Shown here: in pieces, positions 55,353-64,000 of the stretch
Layout of the letters: every line of letters begins with the position of its first letter
How positions within the stretch are numbered: position 1 is the first letter of the stretch
Source: Octopus bimaculoides
Lineage: Eukaryota
Assembly: GCF_001194135.2 (NCBI RefSeq)
Contig: NC_068983.1
Coordinates: 80,228,264-80,292,263, forward strand
Length of the DNA: 64,000 bases
Direction of reading: 5' to 3'
Notes under the pieces: model-generated
Databases searched by the model: none
What the model was told of the DNA's origin: nothing
What the model saw: the letters and a program-made list of their open reading frames with translations, nothing else
Translations under genes and position numbers: made by a program

Positions 55353-55610
55353 CACTAACTGCAGCTTGTCTTCATGGCCGTGAAGAAGTTGTTCGTTATT
55401 TGATCAAGCAGGAAGCCAATGTCCATCTGGCTAATACCAAATCCTATAGTCCTCTGCTTTGTGCTGTGAAAGCAAATAAATGTGAAGTGGCTGAAATTCT
55501 ATTCCAAGCTGGAGCTTCCATAGAACAACCAGATAAAAATGGTCATACTCCCTTGATGCTGGCTGCTGCTGAAGGACATATTAACATATTAGAAATGCTT
55601 CTCTCAGCAG
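55353..55610 (+). CDS. TANC2: TANC exon 11, ankyrin: LTAACLHGREEVVRYL...GHTPLMLAAAEGHINILEMLLSA
   Basis: aag acceptor ending 55352, gtaaac donor at 55611, phase 1/1. Confidence 0.94.
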
Positions 55611-55749
55611 GTAAACTAAAATTTTGTTATAACATAGCTGTATAGTTCCCTTCACAACAATTTGTTTCCAGGTTTGAAAGAAACTCATCTGTCTGTCTGT
55701 CTATCTACCTCTCTGTCTGTTTATCTATCTATCTATCCATCCATCCATG

Positions 55750-55782
<33 letters not shown>

Positions 55783-56075
55783 GTATATATATATATATAT
55801 ATATATNNNNNNNNNNNNNNNNNNNNNNNNNNNNNNNNNNNNNNNNNNNNNNNNNNNNNNNNNNNNNNNNNNNNNNNNNNNNNNNNNNNNNNNNNNNNNN
55901 NNNNNNNNNNNNNNNNNNNNNNNNNNNNNNNNNNNNNNNNNNNNNNNNNNNNNNNNNNNNNNNNNNNNNNNNNNNNNNNNNNNNNNNNNNNNNNNNNNNN
56001 NNNNNNNNNNNNNNNNNNNGTATTGGTTTAACGCTCGGGAATAGAGAAATATATATATACGCACACACACATACA

Positions 56076-56121
<46 letters not shown>

Positions 56122-56164
56122 TTCACACACATATATATATATACACACACACACACACATATAA

Positions 56165-56378
56165 ATGAGTGCTGAAAAGTTTCTGGTTTTGGGTAAAAGA
56201 AAATACAGGAGGAGGATCAGTTAATTATGATTTTATTCAACATATTCTCCTCTCAGATTGACAAACTTATTGCAGCAGTCTTTTAGTTTTTCCAAGCTCT
56301 GTTAAAGAACTTAGAAGGTTAGGCCTTCAACCTGGCCTTTCGCAACACCCTTAAAGAGAGGAACTTTTCAGCACCCAC
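56165..56378. mobile_element. Mariner-derived MITE
   Basis: Terminal inverted repeats gagtgctgaaaagtttctgg / ggaacttttcagcaccc. Internal ttttattcaacatattctcc is mariner-like. Confidence 0.65.
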
Positions 56379-56726
56379 TGTTTCTGTATGCCAAATCCAC
56401 TCTCAAGATTTTAGTCAGCCTGGAGCTATAGTGGAAAGCATTTTCCCAAGATGTCAACAGTGGGACTGAATCTGGAATCATGTGATTGTGAAGCACACTT
56501 CTTACCATACAATTATACTTTTGTTATACCTTCTTGTTTAAATTCTGCTGTATTTAATTCCAAACAATAGGAAGAAATGAATTCAGTGTCTTACATTGTT
56601 GCCAATAAAACTGTTTAAAAGTAAATTGTTTTTATTTCTTAAATTTTTATCACAGATGTGTTCCAGATTTATATCTTACTTTATCTTTTCCATCTTTTTC
56701 TCTTTTTATTTTTTATGTGAGTACAG

Positions 56727-56902
56727 AAGCCAGTCAAACTGAAGTTGACAAGGATGAAATGACTGCACTAAGTTTAGCTTGTTTACATGGCCATCTGCAG
56801 ATTGTACAGATTCTTTTGAGTAGAGGTTCTGATTTACATCATGTTGACAAAAATGGGCAGATACCTTTACATCTGGCATCATTCTATGGAGAGCCTCAAA
56901 TC
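56727..56902 (+). CDS. TANC2: TANC exon 12, ankyrin: ASQTEVDKDEMTALSLACLHGH...PLHLASFYGEPQI
   Basis: tacag acceptor ending 56726, gtaagt donor at 56903, phase 1/0. Confidence 0.92.
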
Positions 56903-57178
56903 GTAAGTTGTCATTCATTGTTACCATAATTCTTTCTACGTTCTGTGTATAATTCTTGATAACATCTGTGCTGCCAAATGAGGTAATGATAACATTTACA
57001 AAAGATTCAATGGACTTTAGATTTGATAGGCTGTTTTTGTTTAACCCATGGTCAGTCTAACCAAGTAGAACTTAAGAGGAATAGCAAACTAATCATGACC
57101 ACCCTGCCTTTTAAGGATATATAAGTACTGTATTTTCAGACTTATATATAGTCTTATATAAGTCATCATAGTATATAG

Positions 57179-57343
57179 CAGTGGTTCCGAACCTGTGGTC
57201 CATGGACCTCTCATGGTTCACAAAGGTAGTACTGGGGTTCTATGAACATGTTAAACTGACAGACTTTTCAACTGCCTGGGGTCTGTGGGAAAGCTCATTT
57301 AAATAAAAGGGGTCTTTGGTTGTCAAAAGGTTGGGAAGTGCTG
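57179..57343. mobile_element. hAT (Charlie-type) MITE, 165 bp, with an intact 8-bp target site duplication
   Basis: TIRs CAGTGGTTCCGAACC / GGTTGGGAAGTGCTG; GTATATAG duplicated at 57171-57178 and 57344-57351. Confidence 0.85.
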
Positions 57344-57828
57344 GTATATAGTGTAAATATTCAAACATCACTATCTTATCAAATCTTGCTGCATTTCACA
57401 GGGAATTTTTATTCCTCCAAAGTTGTCTTGGTGTATACATTAACCTACCTTTTGCTCTGAAAATTTCAAGTTGTATTTCAGAAAATATGGTATACGTTTT
57501 CTATTTTGTACAGCAACATATGATTTTAAGGAAATTTGACTGTTATTTTAACAGGTCCAGCAATGATATAAAGATTCCCATGAAAGCTCATATACCTATT
57601 AAGTATTTAATAGGTGATGATGGATGGTAGAATCACTAGAGCGCTGAGCAATATGTCTTTCGATGTTTGATTACATCCTTTTATGTTCTCAGTTCATGTT
57701 TTTCATTTTCAGAGGCCAGTAAAATAAACACTAGTCATATACTGGGGTCACTTTAATCAACTAATTTTACAAAATAAACTCAGTTTTGAAAATATTCCAA
57801 GTTCAATTTTATGATTTCATTATACACA

Positions 57829-58460
57829 GGTGCAGGTATGGCTTGTATAGTTAACAAGCTACCTTGGTTTCAAGTTCAGTCCTACTGTGTAACATCTCTG
57901 GCAAGTGTCTTCTTCTTTAACCACAAGCCTTCTGAGTGAATTTGGTCTACAGAAACTGTATGGAGGCCCATCATAAGACAGGCACAATATATACATATGC
58001 ATATATGTATGTATAAATAGAGAAAAGGATAAAGAGAACAATAGCAAAGTTAGAAATATTTCTAACTTTGCCATTGTTCTCTTTATCCTTGTCTCTATTT
58101 ATACATACACACGCTAATACACGACTTATCATCCCCAATCCTGTTTATACAACGATTGGGGCATAACTAGCCGGTATACAGCACTTACTCGGTACTACCT
58201 GTATCTTTGGGCTTGATTAAATCCAATACCCTCCTCAACCTTATGCATATATGTATGGATATACAACTGTGTATGTGTGTGTTTGTGTCTGTGTTTGTTC
58301 CCCACCACACTACTTGATAATTGGTATTGATTTGTTCACATCCCCATAACTTAGTATTTTCAGCAAAAGTATGGGAATGATTTGTTTGACTAAAACCCTT
58401 TAAGGTGGTGCCCCAACACGGCCACAATCCAGTGACTGAAACAAGTATAAAAGATAAAAA
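57829..58460 (+). mobile_element. Degenerate SINE family B copy interrupted by a palindromic insert
   Basis: Head gttcagtcctactg...ggcaagtgtctt at about 57870-57910; tail ccccataacttag...gtgactgaaacaagta at about 58340-58450. Confidence 0.65.
58006..58109. repeat. 104-bp near-perfect palindrome
   Basis: 52-bp arms centred between 58057 and 58058, with mismatches only at 58024/58091 and 58043/58072. Confidence 0.9.
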
Positions 58461-59159
58461 ATATCTTTATTCATTACCATTCGGATTAATCTGTCAAATA
58501 TAATGTTTATTTATTCACATTGTTTCAAATTAATCATACATTATCTTGTAGCTTCAAAATTTTGATGGTGTAGGTGTTTATTTTTAGAAAGACATTGTAG
58601 TGTAGGTGTGAGAAACCAGATCTGGCTGGTTTAAACATAAAAACTAGAATGATTAAAACCATTTGCACCACAAGATTGGTGATAACTTAGTGGCAGAAAT
58701 ATGGTGCTAACATCAAGTATTACATGTAACTTTACTCTAGCTTTAAATAATAGAACTACAACAGAGTTGTGAAATCCAAATTTGTGAAACTAGATCAAAT
58801 CACTATGTATATTATTTGATCATTATCAGTGCTGCTATCTCATTATGTAACAAAGTATCCCATGAAGGTGCTTATATAAATAATAAATTATACTTTAAAT
58901 GTTAGCTAATCAATACATGTATATTCCAATAAAACACCATTATATTAATAGTGCTGTTGCATTAAAATTATGTTATTGACTAAATTAGCAGTTATTTTCA
59001 TGAATAATTCTGTTTTATATTATAAGCTAAAAGCTATTCACAGAGACAGGAAATTGGTTATTTTTAAATTTTTTTTAAATACATTGATACAGATTTTAAA
59101 GTTACTTGATATGAAAGCAGCCTCGATTCAATGTGTAAATTTTAGTTTGTAAAATTATA

Positions 59160-59530
59160 TGTGCCTTCCTCTCACCTTTATCCCATTCACATCCCACTCA
59201 ACTCCACTCACCCCCTGTTAACTACCTGTAATTCACAGTGCTCACACATCTCCCTTTGTTCCCATCTCCTTACTCAAATACTCTTGCACACAACTCCCAC
59301 CGCTTCCTCTCTTTTTAATTTATCTCCATAGAACCACATCCCACCTGGCCCCCACCATTTCTTTTTCTTCTTCCCTCCTTTCCACCATCCTTCTTCTTTT
59401 CGTTTTTCTGATGAGGGACTCTAATGTCCAGAATGTTGAAAACCCTTTTCCTATTTCTCTACAAACGTGAAACTTCAAACACCTTTGTGATAACTTGTTC
59501 CTCTTGTTGAATTTTTCTTATTTTTGCTTA
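59160..59530 (+). mobile_element. Degenerate Penelope-like 3' end with a decayed hammerhead motif at 59402-59443
   Basis: C/T-rich tract then gttttt CTGATGA G GGAC tctaat GTCC agaatgtt gaaaac. Same layout as 1-400. Confidence 0.5.
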
Positions 59531-59549
59531 TTCATTATATATATATATA

Positions 59550-59993
59550 TGGCACCTGTACCAGTGGAGCACTATGAGCACCATTCGAGCGTGATCGTTA
59601 CCAGCGTCGCCTTCCTGGCACTTGTGCTGGTGACACATGAAAAGTCGTTCGAGCGAGATCGTTGCCAGTGCCATTTAACTGTGCNNNNNNNNNNCACATG
59701 AAAAGTCGTTCGAGCGAGATCGTTGCCAGTGCCATTTAACTGTGCAGGTGGCACGTAAAATACACCATTTTGAGCGTGGCTGTTGCCAGTACTGCCTGAC
59801 TGACCTTCATGCCGGTGGTACGTAAAAGCACCCACTACACTCTCAGAGTGGTTGGCGTTAGGAAGGGCATCCAGCTGTAGAAACTCTGCCAAATCAGATT
59901 GGTGCCTGGTGTTGCCATCCGGTTTCACCAGTCCTCAGTCAAATCGTCCAACCCATGCTAGCATGGAAAGCGGATGTTAAACGATGATGATGT
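59550..59993 (+). mobile_element. Retroposon family C with internal minisatellite units
   Basis: ggttggcgttaggaagggcatccagctgtagaaact core, ccatgctagcatgga tail, (GAT)n. Confidence 0.8.
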
Positions 59994-60039
59994 ATTGCCT
60001 GGTGTTAATAACTTCTTTCTTTCAGACTTAATTTTTAAA

Positions 60040-60410
60040 TAACCATCATGCACATGTCCAGTCCACTCGGACAAAGACCTCTGCATGATCTCTCCACCAA
60101 CCACTGTCTGATGTTTTCTTCACACATATTAGGGGGCCAAAACATTTAACAAAGTTTTCATTCCAATTTCTGCATAGTCTTCATCTTCTTTTTTCTGTCT
60201 ACTCTGTCAATATGTTATTTCATTTATTATCCTTTCTTCTAAGCTCATGTCCGGCAAAAGACCATTTTAGAATTTTTATTTTCCAGGTAATGTGTTAAAC
60301 CTGTTACCACTCTTATCCTGTTGTTTCTCCACTTATACATTTTGTTATTATTCAGCATTCTCCTTTCCATAGCTCTTCCTGTTTATCATAATTTATTTTC
60401 AATGCTCTTG
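60040..60410 (-). mobile_element. RTE-clade LINE 3' relic
   Basis: Minus translation RAMERRML...RIR..T...K....GHE.RRKDN matches the RTE QRAMERRML...WAGHIARR.DNRW region. Confidence 0.7.
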
Positions 60411-60446
60411 TTGGTAGTCCATTTTATAATCATTTAACTTAAATAA

Positions 60447-60671
<225 letters not shown>

Positions 60672-61178
60672 TAAGAGAGAGAGAGAGAGACAATAAGTAA
60701 CTGTATTGTAGCTTTTGTGCAAAGTGTAATGAAATGTTTTGTCTGAGAACAAAATTTAGGTGAATAATTTCTTTAGTGTTTAGTTTGTATGCTGAAAACT
60801 GTGCCACACTACAGAAAAATAAAAATCCATTGTGTATGTGTGTATTTTTAATATAAATACTAACATAAGAGTGGGCTTTGATGTCCTGAAATGTAACTTA
60901 AAAGACTGCCTCATGTGATGTTATTAAGTTAAACCATGGCCAAGACCTAAGTTTATTTATATATAACTTATATCGTTCAACTTATATCCACTGAATATTT
61001 TTCAAATTCAGTGTCAAGAACAGCAAATTATAAGATGTATATTGGTGAAGGATATAAACATAAACAAGAAAAATGAAAAGCTATCATTTCATGAGTGAAG
61101 TTCCTCGCAATATTTGTTCTACACTGGGTTAGAGATTCACCATCAGAAATGCGTTGAATCAATGATTTGTCAATTGGA

Positions 61179-61388
61179 AAAGGTGGTGAGCTGGCAGAAT
61201 TGTTAGCATGCCGGGTGAAATGCTTAGTGGTATTTCGTTTGTCTTTATGTTCTGATTTCAAATTCCAGACTTTGCCTTTTATCCTTTCGGGATCAATAAA
61301 TTAAGTACCTGTTGAGTACTGGGGTTGATCTAATCAACTGGTCCCCTCCCCACAAAATTTCAGGCCTTGTACCTATAGTAGCAAGTAT
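61179..61388 (+). mobile_element. SINE family A, well-preserved copy
   Basis: aaggtggtgagctggcagaattgttagcatgccggg...ccttgtacctatagtag. Confidence 0.8.
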
Positions 61389-61510
61389 TTGTCAGTTTGA
61401 AAGCTGTAACTAACAATATTATTGTTCACAGTTTACAATATAAAATAAATTAGCTATATTTCAACTTTAAAGCCTTCTTTTTGTGAGTTGAATGTTAAGT
61501 ACATCCACTA

Positions 61511-61915
61511 TTAGCCTGTGGTTGTGTGGTAAGAAGCTTGCTTCCCAACAACATGGTCTTGGGCTCAGTCCCACTATGTGGTACCTTGGGCAAGTGTCTT
61601 CTACTATAGCCTCAGACTGTTCAAAGCTTTGTGAGTGGATTTGGTAGACAAAAACTGAAAGAAGTTTGTCATATATATATCTATGTGTGTGCCTTTGTGT
61701 CTTTACCCCCCCCCCCCAATTCCCCGCTTGACAACTGGGATTGGTGTGTTTACGTCCCCGTAACTTAGCAGTTCGGCAAAAGAGATTGATAGAATATGTA
61801 CTAGGCTTACAACGAATAAGTCCTGGGGTGTATTTCTTTGGCTAAACCCACTTAAGGTGGTGCTCCAGCATGGCCCCAACCAAATGGCTGAAACAAGTAA
61901 AAAAAATAAAAGAAT
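61511..61915 (+). mobile_element. SINE family B, near full length
   Basis: Colinear with 36831-37885, with a short internal microsatellite. Confidence 0.8.
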
Positions 61916-62059
61916 ATATATTATCCTCTTCATATATGTGCTATCTCAGCCATCAAATAAAATGTTATTCTGAAAATATTATTCTATAGTTGGTTGAAAT
62001 AAAATCAGTTTCATTTTGATCTATTTAAACAAATGTAAATGTAATTTGATTACTTTTAG

Positions 62060-62151
62060 GCCCAGCAACTTGGACTATGGCTGTTGGAAAACCATCAGTT
62101 ATGCTAGTATTGCTCAAGAAACTTATGGATGATGGAAATATTCTTTATAAG
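62060..62151 (+). CDS. TANC2: TANC exon 14: PATWTMAVGKPSVMLVLLKKLMDDGNILYK
   Basis: ttttag acceptor, gtatgt donor at 62152, phase 1/0. Confidence 0.93.
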
Positions 62152-62194
62152 GTATGTAGAAATATAACTACAAAGTGATAATTATTATTGTTTG

Positions 62195-62757
62195 CAAAAT
62201 CGTCTTGGCCGATGACAGTACCGCCTGATTGGCACCTGTGCCAGTGGCACGTAAAAAGCACCGTTCGAGTGTGGTCGATGCCAGTGACGCCTGACTGGCC
62301 CCATGCCGGTAGCACGTTAAAAGCACCATTCGAACATGATCATTAGTAGTTCCACCTGACTGGCTCCTGTGCTGATGGCATGTAAAAGACACCATTCAAG
62401 CGTGGTTGGTGCCAGTGCTGGCTTACCAGTTCCGTTCAAGTGGCACGTAAAAAGCACCATTCGAGCATGGTCGTTGCCAGTGCTGCCTGACTGGCTCCCA
62501 TGCCAGTGGCATGTAAAAAGCACCATTCAAGTGTGGTCGATGCCAGTACCGTCTGACTGGCACTCATGCCGTTGGCATGTAAAAAGCACCCACTACATCT
62601 CAGAGTGGTTGGCGTTAGGAAGGGCACCCAGCTGTAGAAACTTTGCCAAATCAGATCGGAGCCTCATACAGCCTTCTGGATTGCCAGCCCTCAAACCGTC
62701 CAACCCATGCCAGCATGGAAAGCAGACGTTAAACAATGACAACGTTGATGATGATAA
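62195..62757 (+). mobile_element. Retroposon family C with about six tandem 65-66-bp units
   Basis: gtaaaaagcacc-type anchors at 62251, 62316, 62382, 62447, 62513 and 62579, then the family C core and (GAT)n tail. Confidence 0.85.
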
Positions 62758-63141
62758 AATAAGAGAATTGACTTTCAAATTTTTTAATTTAGAAAACTCA
62801 ACAACTCTTTTAGCAGCTGTCCAGAAAATGTATCTAAAAACACAATGCAATTCACAGATTCAATACTTCATCCATACTGTTGGAGATTACTATTCTTAAT
62901 CTGATATGTTGTGTTTTATTGTATGGGGCACATTGCAATATTCTGAGCATAATCTTTGTAGAATTGTTAAGAATCTATCACTGAAATTACCATGTATTTT
63001 AAAAATTGATTTAAATGATTTTTAGCTATAATAGCAATAAATCAAATGATATAATGCAAGGATAAAGTAATGTAAATTTATTCATAGTGAAAGATGATGT
63101 CAGTGCTAAAAAAATATATATTTTATTTATTTTCTTTCTAG

Positions 63142-63360
<219 letters not shown>

Positions 63361-63599
63361 TAGACAGGTTTTCATTCAAAATGCTTTTTTTTTTATAGGC
63401 CTCATCTTTGATTAACACCATCTGTATGCATATTCAGTAAATACTTCACATACTGAAAATGGAATCAAACTCTATTCAAAGTAGTTAAAACATACTGGCT
63501 ATGCAATTTGGTTGTTAAAAAAGGCTTGATGATGTCTGAACAAACTACAAAAATATTTGTTATCATTAGCATAGCACAGAAGTTTCAGTAATACCTACA

Positions 63600-64000
63600 A
63601 TTTGCCCTGCTATTGAGGACGTTGAGTGGAATACCTACTCAACTTCATGTCTACAGCAGAATACAAATTTGTAAGTTAAGGATCCAGTACAGTACTCACC
63701 CGCTACAGCCCTTACGTGCTGGCTTCCTACGAGGTTTAGATGAGGTCCACAATGAAATACTTTTCCCACATCTGCAATAGTGCTGCTGCTGTACACACTG
63801 ACATCCTTGATTGCATCTAGAGAAGGACCACTCAACTGTTTGGCATTCTCTCACTAATGGACGCACTCCAGCCTCTGGCCTACAGACAAGATTTCTCTTC
63901 TGTCTACTATATTGACCTTTGCTCTTTGGATCTGGCTGGTCTAAAACCTCCATCATTTCTACATTCACATTCAATTTGTCTCTGGACACCTTTGCTGTAT
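63600..64000 (+). mobile_element. CR1/L2-group LINE RT C-terminal relic
   Basis: + translation MRSTMKYFSHICNSAAAVHTDILDCI*RRTTQLFG..SLMDALQPLAYR resembles RPTMEYCSHIW...LLDRIQRRA...LQPLAHRR. Confidence 0.7.

Noticed and set aside
59634-59745. Exact duplication of about 50 bp around a 10-N gap in family C
   Set aside because: Most likely the same scaffolding artefact, so the unit count in this copy may be inflated by one.
62195-62600. CRISPR-like array of regularly spaced gtaaaaagcacc repeats
   Set aside because: The intervening sequences are homologous to each other rather than unique spacers. The context is eukaryotic and there are no cas genes.
63635-63989. Cys-containing minus-strand ORFs of 66 and 97 aa
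   Set aside because: They are antisense shadows of the CR1-like LINE relic on the + strand.

Overview
AT-rich animal genomic DNA with many microsatellites and seven N-gaps. The repeat landscape suggests an octopus (coleoid cephalopod) genome, but that is an inference. One protein-coding gene is well supported: a + strand TANC1/TANC2/rolling pebbles (rols) family gene. I reconstructed 15 exons between 22789 and 63288, all with GT-AG introns and matching phases, giving 3522 nt (1174 codons) from the ATG at 22791. The product has a low-complexity N-terminus with a His tract, a P-loop NTPase (Walker A GDVGSGKT, Walker B-like IILVDSLNEAE), an ankyrin array and the start of the TPR region. The gene runs off the 3' end and may have upstream exons. 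The rest is intronic or intergenic and full of transposon debris: tRNA-headed SINE families, R4/Dong-like RLE LINE fragments, RTE and CR1-like relics, Penelope-like 3' ends carrying minimal hammerhead ribozyme motifs, hAT and mariner MITEs, and possible very old Gypsy pol relics. The most notable observations are the hammerhead motifs (261-297, 59402-59443, and a hammerhead-like fold inside a 272-bp foldback element at 28414-28685), a 3.8-kb nest of head-to-tail SINEs and a Dong-like LINE seeded on (ATT)n tracts, and several intronic dsRNA-forming structures. All family assignments are by eye from recalled motifs; no database search was run.
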